The notes under the pieces are model-generated. The model did no database searches, was not told the DNA's origin, and saw nothing but the letters and a program-made list of their open reading frames with translations. Shown piece after piece: positions 54,688 to 63,300 of a DNA stretch of 63,724 nucleotides (within the stretch, counting starts at the first letter, position 1; the number at the start of each line of letters is the position of its first letter). Both the position numbers and the translations under genes were made by a program. Origin of the DNA: a virus (Duplodnaviria > Caudoviricetes); the IMG/VR virus record IMGVR_UViG_3300044630_000814, positions 1 to 63,724 of that record; one strand, 5' to 3'.

Positions 54688-55164
54688 ATGACCAAGTTGA
54701 TTGACGCTATCAATGAGACGCCAGAGGCAACTCGCGCTCCTCGTGAAACTCGTGCAGATGCTGAACGTCCTAAAGTATGGCAACCGGCTTCGACCCTGCC
54801 AGAACCGGACAAACAGCCGGGTTACGCGTACCGTTGGGTACGTGTGGCCTCAATGGGTCAGAACGATCCCCGCAATATCTCGTCCAAACTACGGGAAGGC
54901 TGGGAGCCAGTTAGCATAAGTGAACAACCTCAGTTCCGTATGCTGGTAGACCCTGACAGCCGTTTCAAAGACAACATCGAAGTCGCAGGACTGTTGTTGT
55001 GCAAGGCACCGGAAGAACTGATGAAACAGCGTAAGGAATACTTCGCTGGTAAAAATCAGGCTCAGATGGACTCCGTGGACAATAACTTCATGCGTGAGAA
55101 CGACGCTCGTATGCCACTCTTTAGGGAAAAACGGTCTACGACGTCATTTGGCAAAGGCAAATAG
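54688..55164 (+). CDS. Conserved head-module protein
   Basis: WQPASTLP...YRWVR...REGWEPV...GLLLCK. Confidence 0.7.
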   Translation: MTKLIDAINETPEATRAPRETRADAERPKVWQPASTLPEPDKQPGYAYRWVRVASMGQNDPRNISSKLREGWEPVSISEQPQFRMLVDPDSRFKDNIEVAGLLLCKAPEELMKQRKEYFAGKNQAQMDSVDNNFMRENDARMPLFREKRSTTSFGKGK

Positions 55165-55180
55165 CTAAAGGAGCTATAAT

Positions 55181-55798
55181 ATGGCATACCCTTCTGTTAC
55201 CAGCCCTTACGGGCTAATCCCGATCAATTTGATCGGCGGACAGGTTTTTGCTGGTGCTACTCGTCAACTCCCAATCGCAACTAACTCTTCGACTGCCATC
55301 TTTTACGGTGACGTCGTTAAGTTGCTCGCAGGCGGTACTGTTGGCAAGGACACTGGTACAGACTCGGCCACCCCTGTTGGTGTTTTCCTCGGTTGCACCT
55401 ACACGGACCCAACCTTTGGTCTGACATTCCGTCAGTACTACCCCGGCACCACAAACATCAGTGACGTCACAGCTTACATTCAGGAAGACCCTGATGCGCT
55501 GTTTAAGGTCGCTGTATGCGCTGGTACCAACTCGAACACTGTTAGCTATGTAACACAGGCTGCTGTTGGTTCGAACCTCAAGCTGGCAAACGGCGCAAAC
55601 AACGTAGGTTCAACTTCGAACGGTAACTCTAAGGTCGGTGTAGACTCGACCGAAGGTACGACTTCGACATGGCCTATCCGCGTTGTGGACGTTGTTCCTG
55701 AGACCGCTCTGGCAGGTAACCCCGGTTCTTACACCGAAGTTATCGTCAAGTGGAATCAAGGCACGCACAGCTACCTCAACCCAACCGGTCTGGCATAA
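55181..55798 (+). CDS. Putative capsid cement/decoration protein
   Basis: PYGL.P...IFYGD.V...GVF.GC.YTDP; immediately upstream of MCP. Confidence 0.6.
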   Translation: MAYPSVTSPYGLIPINLIGGQVFAGATRQLPIATNSSTAIFYGDVVKLLAGGTVGKDTGTDSATPVGVFLGCTYTDPTFGLTFRQYYPGTTNISDVTAYIQEDPDALFKVAVCAGTNSNTVSYVTQAAVGSNLKLANGANNVGSTSNGNSKVGVDSTEGTTSTWPIRVVDVVPETALAGNPGSYTEVIVKWNQGTHSYLNPTGLA

Positions 55799-55810
55799 GG
55801 AGACTGAACA

Positions 55811-56722
55811 ATGGCAATTTCACGCGCACAACTTCTTAAAGAACTGTTGCCCGGACTGAACGCTTTGTTCGGCCTTGAGTATGCACGTTACGGCGAAGAG
55901 CACAAAGAAATCTACGAAACGGAAACTTCTGAACGTTCGTTCGAAGAAGAAACGAAGCTTTCTGGTTTCTCGGCTGCTCCAGTCAAGAACGAAGGTTCGG
56001 CCATCGCGTACGACAACGCACAGGAAGTCTTCACTGCTCGCTACAACCACGAAACGATTGCCCTCGGGTTCTCGCTCACGGAAGAAGCGATTGAAGATAA
56101 CTTGTACGACTCCTTGTCGTCGCGTTACACAAAGGCATTGGCTCGCGCCATGTCCTACACCAAGCAAACTAAAGCTGCTGCAGTCTTGAACAACGGCTTC
56201 GACACCGATTATACCGGTGGTGACGGCCAACCATTGTTCTCGGCTTCGCACCCATTGGTTTCTGGTGGCACGAACTCGAACATCCCAAGCACTCCTGCTG
56301 ATTTGAACGAAACGTCGCTTGAAGCGGCTGTAATTCAGATCGCAGCGTGGACGGATGAACGTGGCCTTCTCATCGCGGCTAAACCGCGTAAGCTGGTAGT
56401 TCCGCCAAGCCTGATGTTCGTTGCTACTCGCTTGCTCGAAACCGAACTCCGCGTTTCGACAGCTGACAACGACATCAACGCTCTGAAGTCAAACGGCTCG
56501 ATCCCAGAAGGATACGCCGTAAACCACTTCTTGACCGACACTGACGCGTGGTTCTTGACCACCGACGTGCCAAACGGTCTGAAGCACTTTGTTCGTACGC
56601 CAATGGCGACGGGCATGGACGGTGACTTCGATACTGGTAACGTACGTTACAAGGCTCGTGAGCGTTATTCGTTCGGCTGGTCAGACCCTCTGGGTATGTA
56701 CGGCAGCGAAGGCGCAGCCTAA
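55811..56722 (+). CDS. Major capsid protein (HK97 fold, Mu gpT-like family)
   Basis: MAISRAQLLKELLPGL, EG.AI.YD, TEEAIEDNLY, LVVPP.L, ARERYSFGWSDP; strong codon bias; followed by a terminator. Confidence 0.9.
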   Translation: MAISRAQLLKELLPGLNALFGLEYARYGEEHKEIYETETSERSFEEETKLSGFSAAPVKNEGSAIAYDNAQEVFTARYNHETIALGFSLTEEAIEDNLYDSLSSRYTKALARAMSYTKQTKAAAVLNNGFDTDYTGGDGQPLFSASHPLVSGGTNSNIPSTPADLNETSLEAAVIQIAAWTDERGLLIAAKPRKLVVPPSLMFVATRLLETELRVSTADNDINALKSNGSIPEGYAVNHFLTDTDAWFLTTDVPNGLKHFVRTPMATGMDGDFDTGNVRYKARERYSFGWSDPLGMYGSEGAA

Positions 56723-56760
56723 TAAGTTTCCCCGAGAGCGTAGCTCAAGGGAACGGGGGG

Positions 56761-56792
56761 AAGGGAGGAGAGAAATCTCTTCCCTTCTTTTT
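56761..56792 (+). terminator. Intrinsic terminator after the capsid gene
   Basis: AAGGGAGGAGA-GAAA-TCTCTTCCCTT followed by a T-run. Confidence 0.75.
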
Positions 56793-56812
56793 TATATATG
56801 CTATATCCACGT

Positions 56813-56882
56813 CACTAGGGATATTATTCGTACCGACCGGCCCAGCGGACTTAGTAGAGACGGTACGGACGAGTGCTACTAC
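56813..56882 (+). ncRNA. Structured RNA downstream of the gpT-like capsid gene (Mu-gpT-DE-like candidate)
   Basis: Stem TTCGTACCG (56827-35)/CGGTACGGA (56861-69); loop TAGTAG can pair with downstream CTACTA (pseudoknot). Confidence 0.5.
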
Positions 56883-56895
56883 ACGGAGAAATATT

Positions 56896-57261
56896 ATGGC
56901 TAATACTACCTTTAACGGTCCAGTCCGTTCGGAAAACGGCTTCCAGAGCATCTCTATCGACGCTACGACTGGTGCTGTAACTGTTAACGCTACGCTTGGT
57001 TCAGCTACCTCGGTCGCTACGGTTGCTGCTACCGGCACCGTTACCGCACGTAGCGCTTCGGGTCTCACCGCTGGCGGCGCTGCTGGTTTTATCGGCACTA
57101 ACGTCGCTGCTGGCATGGGCATTTACTTTGGTTCGGGTGCCCCAACTGTTGCAGCTGCTAAGGGTTCAATCTACCTGCGTAGCGACGGTTCGTCTGCTTC
57201 GACACGTTTGTACGTCTCGGATGGCGGCACGACTTGGGTTGCCGTAACTACTGCATCGTAA
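56896..57261 (+). CDS. Putative head decoration/fibre protein
   Basis: MANTTFNGPVRSENGF N-terminus; GSGAPT...GSIYLR motif. Confidence 0.65.
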   Translation: MANTTFNGPVRSENGFQSISIDATTGAVTVNATLGSATSVATVAATGTVTARSASGLTAGGAAGFIGTNVAAGMGIYFGSGAPTVAAAKGSIYLRSDGSSASTRLYVSDGGTTWVAVTTAS

Positions 57262-57289
57262 TCGGTAACCTCTAAGAAGGAGAAATCCG

Positions 57290-57598
57290 ATGGCAATGCA
57301 AAGTGACGTCAAGGTAACCAAGCCCCTGACTGCTACCGGTGTGTTTAAAACACAGACGGATGCTAACATGGCTTTCCGCGCACGTGTTAAAGGCATCTAC
57401 GTTAAGAACGGTGCCTCGGCTGGTTCGGTGGTTGTGGCGGATGGTCAGGGTGGAAGCGTATTGTTTACACTTGAAACTTCCCCCTCCGCTGACACGGGTG
57501 ATTTCTATATCCCGGTCCCAGACCAAGGTGTACTTGCAGAAAATGGGTTATATGGTACGCTCACCAATACAGCGTCCATTACTATTTTCTACGGGTGA
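57290..57598 (+). CDS. Small beta-rich virion protein
   Basis: MQSDVK...RARVKG...IP..GVL..NG.Y...TIFYG; AAGGAG RBS. Confidence 0.65.
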   Translation: MAMQSDVKVTKPLTATGVFKTQTDANMAFRARVKGIYVKNGASAGSVVVADGQGGSVLFTLETSPSADTGDFYIPVPDQGVLAENGLYGTLTNTASITIFYG

Positions 57599-57601
57599 CA
57601 T

Positions 57602-58339
57602 ATGCAGCAGGAACAAAGCTACGATTTAGCTGGTAAGAGCGTCTTCATCGCTCTTCCAGCGTACGACTTCAAGGTGTCCTTGAAGCTAGCTGTTTCTCTC
57701 GCACGTTTTGCTCAGCAAGCTGCGCAGCACGGAATTGAACTTCACATCGGCAGCATATGCGGGTGTTCGGTTGTTTCTCGTGCGCGCAACCTGCTGGCGC
57801 AAGACCTACTTGAGTCAAAGTGCGACTACCTAATGTTCATCGACTCGGACATTAATTTCGAGCCGCAAGATGTGTTCCGCCTTATGGCGTGGGGCACCGA
57901 CCCTAAGAAGGGTATTGTAGCTGCCGTGCCCCGTACGCGCAGCGAAACCAAAAACTATATTGCTACTCTCGACCACGACGAGAATAACCAGCTCACTATG
58001 AACAATATGGGTCTGGTCCGGGCTAAGCGTGTAGCTACAGCATTTATGCTGGTACGCCGCGAAGTGTTCGAGCAGATGTCTGCAGCCCACCCAGAGTGGA
58101 GCTACTACGACACGCGGTCTGACCGCATGCTAAACGCTATGTTTGATTTCCTTGTTACCGACGAAGGTTATATCGGAGAGGACTTCCTCTTCTGCGACCG
58201 GGCACGGGAACTCGGTTTTGAAGTGTGGGTAGACCCCACAATCACATTGGGCCACATGGGCGTACAGGAATATGTCGGTAACTACGGCGATGACATTCTT
58301 TATCCAATGATTGTCCCCACACAGAAGGAAGCAGCATAA
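57602..58339 (+). CDS. GT-A-fold glycosyltransferase-like protein (late copy)
   Basis: IALPAYD, SVVSRARN, FIDSDI (DxD), ATAFMLV, GEDFLFC, HMG. Confidence 0.75.
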   Translation: MQQEQSYDLAGKSVFIALPAYDFKVSLKLAVSLARFAQQAAQHGIELHIGSICGCSVVSRARNLLAQDLLESKCDYLMFIDSDINFEPQDVFRLMAWGTDPKKGIVAAVPRTRSETKNYIATLDHDENNQLTMNNMGLVRAKRVATAFMLVRREVFEQMSAAHPEWSYYDTRSDRMLNAMFDFLVTDEGYIGEDFLFCDRARELGFEVWVDPTITLGHMGVQEYVGNYGDDILYPMIVPTQKEAA

Positions 58340-58692
58340 TGGGTATTAAATTAGGCGACATCTCCCCCATGGCAGGTGCCATAAGCGGTAAGGGTTTATT
58401 CGGCAAAGGACTGGCCAAACTGGGTAATGCCATGGGTCCTATGGGTGGCCTTATGCCAATGCTAGCTGCTAACCAGCGCAAGAAACTCCTCGCCCGCGAG
58501 GCAGCTAAAGGAAGCGGTATGCGCCGTCGTCCTATGGCGGAAGAAGTCATGATGGCAGAGGAAGTTCCCGCAGGCGCACCGATGATGCGCAAGGGTGGCA
58601 AGGTTAAGAAGATGGCTAAGGGCGGTTCAACTGCCTCCAAGCGCGCCGATGGCTGCGCTACCAAGGGTAAGACGAAAGGGCGGTTTGTATAA
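58339..58692 (+). CDS. Small basic protein with KGG and RADGxAxKGKTKG motifs
   Basis: MRKGGKV, MAKGGS, RADGCATKGKTKGRFV. Confidence 0.7.
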   Translation: MGIKLGDISPMAGAISGKGLFGKGLAKLGNAMGPMGGLMPMLAANQRKKLLAREAAKGSGMRRRPMAEEVMMAEEVPAGAPMMRKGGKVKKMAKGGSTASKRADGCATKGKTKGRFV

Positions 58693-58952
58693 TGGCTAAG
58701 ACGCCTGCTTGGACACGTAAGGAAGGTAAGAACCCCAAGGGCGGCTTGAACGCTAAGGGTCGTGCGTCTGCAAAGGCGCAGGGGATGAACCTCAAACCTC
58801 CAGTCTCGGCCAAGCAGGCAAAGAAGTCACCTAAGTCCGCTGCACGACGCAAGAGCTTTTGTGCACGTATGTCGGGTATGCCGGGGCCAATGAAGGACGA
58901 GAAAGGTCGTCCTACTCGTAAAGCTCTATCGTTACGTAAGTGGGACTGCTAA
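58692..58952 (+). CDS. Small basic protein (KEGKNPKGGLNAKGR / RRKSFCARM family)
   Basis: Lys/Arg-rich; ends LRKWDC. Confidence 0.75.
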   Translation: MAKTPAWTRKEGKNPKGGLNAKGRASAKAQGMNLKPPVSAKQAKKSPKSAARRKSFCARMSGMPGPMKDEKGRPTRKALSLRKWDC

Positions 58953-58953
58953 C

Positions 58954-59202
58954 ATGGAAATGATGATATGGAACATCGTACTGAGCGCAGTGGTGGCGGT
59001 TATGGGCTTCTTGTTTAAGGGCAAGATTGACGAGTTGGACCGTATTGGCATCCTACTCAATAAAACCCGCGAGGAAGTTGCTCGGGATCATGTGACTCGT
59101 TCGGAGATGAACACACTGGTCGATAAGCTGGGGGATCGGTTCGACCGGGCCTTCGAGCGCCTTGAAGCTAAAGTAGAAGAGATAGGAAGGACAAAGTCGT
59201 GA
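58954..59202 (+). CDS. Small N-terminally membrane-anchored coiled-coil protein
   Basis: WNIVLSAVVAVMGFL TM segment; LLNKTREEVA. Confidence 0.7.
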   Translation: MEMMIWNIVLSAVVAVMGFLFKGKIDELDRIGILLNKTREEVARDHVTRSEMNTLVDKLGDRFDRAFERLEAKVEEIGRTKS

Positions 59203-59582
59203 TGGATAAGAAGAAAAAGTCGATGCCCCCGCAGCCAACTGCTGCTGATCGTGCGTCGGATGCTAAGTTCCGTAAGTCTGTAAAGGACCTCAAGGTTACG
59301 CCAGAAAATGCTGCGGCTATCGGGCGTGGAAATCGTTCTACAGGTATGGCGAAAGGTGGAAAAATGGCAACTAAGTTTGGCGCTGCTATGAAAAAGAAAT
59401 CGGCTGACACCAAGGGCCGTGCAATGGTCAAGAAGGCCGGTGGTGGCAAATGTTACGCTTCGGGCGGTCTTGTTGCTGGCCACAAGTCGGCTGATGGTAT
59501 TGCCAAGAAGGGCAAGACCAAAGGCAAGATGCTGGCAATGGGCGGCATGGCTGGTTACAAGCGTGGTGGGAAAACCTGCTAA
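59199..59582 (+). CDS. Small basic protein with multiple xAxGG motifs
   Basis: MAKGGK, KAGGG, YASGGLV, ADGIAKKGKTKG, LAMGG, YKRGGK. Confidence 0.7.
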   Translation: MMDKKKKSMPPQPTAADRASDAKFRKSVKDLKVTPENAAAIGRGNRSTGMAKGGKMATKFGAAMKKKSADTKGRAMVKKAGGGKCYASGGLVAGHKSADGIAKKGKTKGKMLAMGGMAGYKRGGKTC

Positions 59583-59860
59583 TGCGCGCTTGTCGGGGTA
59601 TGGGGGCCATAAACCCCTCAAAAATGCCGGGGGCGAAAACAATTCGTCGTAAGGATAATCCCGACGAAGTGAAGGTGTACGCCAAGGGCGGCGAGTCCAA
59701 GGTCAACGAAGCTGGCAATTACACGAAGCCCGGTATGCGCAAGTCTTTATTTAACGCGATCAAAGCGGGCGGTAAAGGCGGCGCACCGGGTCAGTGGTCA
59801 GCCCGTAAAGCCCAGATGTTGGCGATGCAGTATAAGAAGAAGGGCGGCGGATACAAGTGA
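59582..59860 (+). CDS. Small basic protein
   Basis: RGMGAINPSK, YAKGGE, NYTKP.MRK, GQWSARKAQ. Confidence 0.7.
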   Translation: MRACRGMGAINPSKMPGAKTIRRKDNPDEVKVYAKGGESKVNEAGNYTKPGMRKSLFNAIKAGGKGGAPGQWSARKAQMLAMQYKKKGGGYK

Positions 59861-60111
59861 GCGGACTTGCTAAATCCCAGCAGAGCCTGAAGAATTGGAC
59901 CAAGCAGAAGTGGCGGACCAAAAGCGGTAAACCATCGACGCAGGGGTCCAAGGCGACAGGTGAGCGGTACCTACCTGAGAACGCTATAAAGTCTTTGTCC
60001 CCTGCGGAATATGCAGCCACGACAAAAGCTAAGCGGGTTGGTAAGGCTAAGGGGAAGCAGTTCGTAAAGCAGCCTAAGACTATTGCAAAAAAGACGAAAG
60101 GGTTTAGATAA
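59857..60111 (+). CDS. Small basic protein (QxSLKxWTKQKWRTKSGKPS family)
   Basis: TGERYLP...LSPAEYAATT..KR...GKQFVKQP. Confidence 0.75.
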   Translation: MSGLAKSQQSLKNWTKQKWRTKSGKPSTQGSKATGERYLPENAIKSLSPAEYAATTKAKRVGKAKGKQFVKQPKTIAKKTKGFR

Positions 60112-60386
60112 TGGCACTGAAACCGACCGACAAAAAAGCCAATCCCGGGCTGGCAAAACTGCCCACAGAAGTGCGGAATAAGATGGGTTATGCTAAAAAA
60201 GGCGGTAGCACGAACTTCATCCAAAAAGCGATCAAGAAACCCGGCGCACTCCGTGCGGAGCTTGGCACTCCTAAGGGAAAGAAAATCCCAGCAGCAAAGC
60301 TTGCCAAAGCCGCCAAGGCTCCCGGTAAGCTAGGTCAACGTGCACGGTTTGCTCAACTCTTGAAGGGTTTCAAGAAAGGTAAGTAA
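60111..60386 (+). CDS. Small basic protein
   Basis: NPGLAKLP.EVRNKMGYAKKGG; IQKAIKKPGALR; RARFA. Confidence 0.7.
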   Translation: MALKPTDKKANPGLAKLPTEVRNKMGYAKKGGSTNFIQKAIKKPGALRAELGTPKGKKIPAAKLAKAAKAPGKLGQRARFAQLLKGFKKGK

Positions 60387-61096
60387 TGACCACAAGTGGC
60401 ACTACAGCATTTAACCTGAACCTCAACGACCTAGTCGAAGAGGCTTTTGAGCGCTGCGGTGCAGAACTCCGCACGGGCTATGACCTGCGTACGGCGCGGC
60501 GCAGCCTGAACCTGCTTACCATCGAGTGGGCAAACCGTGGCATAAACCTGTGGACAATCGAGCAGGGCTCGATACCACTTGTGCAGGGGCAGATTGTTTA
60601 CGATTTACCCATCGACACCATCGACTTACTTGAGCATGTCGTGCGCACCCAGACTGGGCAGCAACAGACTGATATCACCATCAACCGTATCAGCATCGAC
60701 ACATACTCGACCATCCCGAATAAGAACGCGCAGGGTCGGCCTATCCAAGTATGGATTAACCGCCAGTCAGGTGCAGACTATCCGGTGGATGGCGTTGCAA
60801 ATCCGCAGATCAACGTGTGGCCAGCGCCAGACCAGAGCAACTATTATACCTTTGTCTACTGGCGCTTGCGCCGCTTACAGGATGCTGGTGATGGTGTTAC
60901 TACGCAAGATATACCGTTTAGGTTCCTCCCTTGTCTGGTGGCTGGTCTCGCGTATCACCTATCCCTGAAGGTACCCGGTGCGCTTGAGCGTTCTATGAGC
61001 CTTAAAGCGCAGTATGAAGAACTCTGGCAACAGGCTGCTGATGAGGACCGCGAGAAAGCGCCACTGCGCATCGCGCCTCGTCAGTATTTCCGGTGA
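60386..61096 (+). CDS. Head-to-tail adaptor-like protein
   Basis: EEAFERCG...ARRSLNLL..EWANRG.NLW; PNK..QGRP; FLPCL..GLAY. Confidence 0.7.
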   Translation: MTTSGTTAFNLNLNDLVEEAFERCGAELRTGYDLRTARRSLNLLTIEWANRGINLWTIEQGSIPLVQGQIVYDLPIDTIDLLEHVVRTQTGQQQTDITINRISIDTYSTIPNKNAQGRPIQVWINRQSGADYPVDGVANPQINVWPAPDQSNYYTFVYWRLRRLQDAGDGVTTQDIPFRFLPCLVAGLAYHLSLKVPGALERSMSLKAQYEELWQQAADEDREKAPLRIAPRQYFR

Positions 61097-61099
61097 TTT

Positions 61100-61492
61100 G
61101 TGCCTAATCGGTTTGCATCTGGTAAATGGGCAATCGCCCAGTGCGACCGCTGTAACTTTCGCTATAAGCTGAAAGAGCTCAAGCGGCTCGTCATTAAGAC
61201 CAAGAATATCAATATTCTCGTGTGCCCTACATGCTGGGAGCCGGACCAGCCGCAGCTTCAGTTGGGTATGTATCCAGTGGACGACCCACAAGCGTTGCGC
61301 GACCCACGTCCGGACAACAGCTATTTTCAAGCGGGTCTGAACGTGAACAATAACCCTACTGACGGTAGTCGCGTAATTCAGTGGGGGTGGGACCCGGTAG
61401 GGTTAAATAATCCTTTGGGTTTATTTGGTCTTCCAAATACGCTATTAGGTAATGGTCAAGTAGGGACCGTAACGATTGAGACGGAGAATTAG
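61100..61492 (+). CDS. Zinc-finger (CxxC...CxxC) virion-module protein
   Basis: FASGK.A...CDRC...VCPTCWEPDQPQ...DPQAL..PRPD. Confidence 0.7.
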   Translation: MPNRFASGKWAIAQCDRCNFRYKLKELKRLVIKTKNINILVCPTCWEPDQPQLQLGMYPVDDPQALRDPRPDNSYFQAGLNVNNNPTDGSRVIQWGWDPVGLNNPLGLFGLPNTLLGNGQVGTVTIETEN

Positions 61493-61686
61493 TGATGGAT
61501 AAGAAAGACATGAAGCAGGACAAGGCTACTGTGGCAAAGGCCGTGCACAAACACGAGCGTGCGAAACACAAGGGCCAGCCCCTAACTAAGCTTGCTAAAG
61601 GCGGTAAGACCAACGCACAGATGAAGGCTCTAGGTCGCAATCTTGCCAAAATCGCCAACCAGAAGAAATCTTCGCGGGGTAAATAA
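61492..61686 (+). CDS. Small basic protein
   Basis: AVHKHE...H.G...TKLAKGGKT..MK..GRNLAK. Confidence 0.7.
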   Translation: MMDKKDMKQDKATVAKAVHKHERAKHKGQPLTKLAKGGKTNAQMKALGRNLAKIANQKKSSRGK

Positions 61687-61687
61687 T

Positions 61688-61828
61688 ATGGACTATAAAC
61701 CAAAAACGGTGCCGATTGTGAAGAACAATAACGGTTATCCGAACAACGTACCTAACACCCAGACCGTGAAAACACGCGGAACCGGTGCGGCGACTAAGGG
61801 CACGCATAGCAGCAAGAAGTTGGCATAA
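61688..61828 (+). CDS. 46-aa basic peptide
   Basis: KTRGTGAATKG motif; exactly fills the gap between neighbours. Confidence 0.6.
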   Translation: MDYKPKTVPIVKNNNGYPNNVPNTQTVKTRGTGAATKGTHSSKKLA

Positions 61829-62508
61829 TGAATTACGCTGAACTGTTCGAAACGATCAAAGGGTACGTCGAAAACGACTTCCCCAACACCTCATGGACCG
61901 GCTCTGACGGCTCCAGCACGGTGACGCTGACGTCTACCGAACAGATCAACACGTTCATTCAGGAGGCCGAGCAACGCATCTTCAATACGGTGCAACTCCT
62001 TGACCTCCGCAAGAACGTTACGGGTAACATGACGTCGGGCAACAAGTACCTTTCGGTACCTTCAGACTGGCTGGCCAACTTCTCTCTGGCCGTTATCGAC
62101 GCGACCGGACGGTATGAGTATTTGCTGAACAAGGATGTGAGTTACATCCGGCAAGCGTTTCCGAACCCAAGCACGACAGGCATACCCACACACTATGCTT
62201 ATTTTGACGAGAACTCGTACATCTTGGGGCCGACGCCGGACTCGAACTATGCAGTCGAACTACACTATTTCTACTACCCGCCTTCGATTGTGACGGCAGG
62301 TACGTCGTGGTTGGGTGATAACTTCGATAGCGTTTTGCTTTACGGATCACTGCTCGAAGCGTACACTTTCATGAAGGGCGAAGCAGATATCATCGCAGGC
62401 TACCAGAAGCGGTATGACGAAGCGATGGCGATGCTCAAACAGCTTGGTGAAGGCAAAAACCGTCAGGATATGTATCGTAGCGGTCAAGCCCGCTACCCGG
62501 TCCAGTAG
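61828..62508 (+). CDS. Tail adaptor / tubular protein A-like
   Basis: MNY.EL...I..Y.EN, FI..AEQRI, G.P..YA, GPTPD, LLYGSL.EAY.FMKG. Confidence 0.7.
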   Translation: MNYAELFETIKGYVENDFPNTSWTGSDGSSTVTLTSTEQINTFIQEAEQRIFNTVQLLDLRKNVTGNMTSGNKYLSVPSDWLANFSLAVIDATGRYEYLLNKDVSYIRQAFPNPSTTGIPTHYAYFDENSYILGPTPDSNYAVELHYFYYPPSIVTAGTSWLGDNFDSVLLYGSLLEAYTFMKGEADIIAGYQKRYDEAMAMLKQLGEGKNRQDMYRSGQARYPVQ

Positions 62509-62517
62509 GAGCTATAT

Positions 62518-62799
62518 ATGTTTAACGGACTCAGCGACGTCGGAAATGTGATGGTCATGGCGACCGAAGGACGTGGTTTCACGCCCGAGGAAACTGCTGA
62601 GCGCGCACTCGACAAAATCATCTATGTGGGCAGTCAGGCACACCCTGCTATCCGCGATCAGGCCGAAGCCTTCAAGGACAGCATCCGTCAGGTGCTCATC
62701 CACTATATGCACGAGGCTGTGCGGTCCCATAACGTAACTCTGGTTAATAAATTCAAACAGGCGGGGCATCCAGAGCTAACCGCCATACTCGATACATAA
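62518..62799 (+). CDS. Conserved hypothetical protein
   Basis: RGFTPEE.AERA.DKII.V...HPAIR.QAEAFK; AGGAG RBS. Confidence 0.7.
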   Translation: MFNGLSDVGNVMVMATEGRGFTPEETAERALDKIIYVGSQAHPAIRDQAEAFKDSIRQVLIHYMHEAVRSHNVTLVNKFKQAGHPELTAILDT

Positions 62800-62811
62800 G
62801 GAGGCCTTAAG

Positions 62812-63291
62812 ATGCCAATTACTCAAGCGATGTGCACCAGCTTTAAGGCCGAGCTTATGCTGGCCGTGCACGATTTCCGGGTTACCGGCGGCGACACTTT
62901 CAAGCTGTCGCTGTACACTTCGTCCGCTTCGCTAGATGCCAACACTACGGCGTATACATCCAGCCAAGAAGTTTCATCTTCGGGTACGAACTACACCGCT
63001 GGCGGCGGTACGCTGACGCGCCTTGGTGTTGTGACGTCGGATAATACAGCTTCGTCTGGTACGGGCTTTACCGATTTCGGTGACCTGACCTTTGCTAACG
63101 CGACGATTACGGCTCGTGGCGCGCTGATTTATAACACGACTCCTTCGGCTAACTCGAACGCGAACACTACGCTGACGAACGCTGCTGTGGCTGTGTTAGA
63201 TTTTGGTTCGGATAAGACCTCGACGGATGGTGATTTTACGATTATCTTCCCGACGGCCACAAACACGACGGCCATTATCCGTATCGCATAA
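62812..63291 (+). CDS. Conserved tail-module structural protein
   Basis: ITQAMCTSFK.EL...FKLSLYTS.A...YTAGG..L...ARGALIYN...VLDFG.DK. Confidence 0.7.
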   Translation: MPITQAMCTSFKAELMLAVHDFRVTGGDTFKLSLYTSSASLDANTTAYTSSQEVSSSGTNYTAGGGTLTRLGVVTSDNTASSGTGFTDFGDLTFANATITARGALIYNTTPSANSNANTTLTNAAVAVLDFGSDKTSTDGDFTIIFPTATNTTAIIRIA

Positions 63292-63300
63292 GGAAAACTA

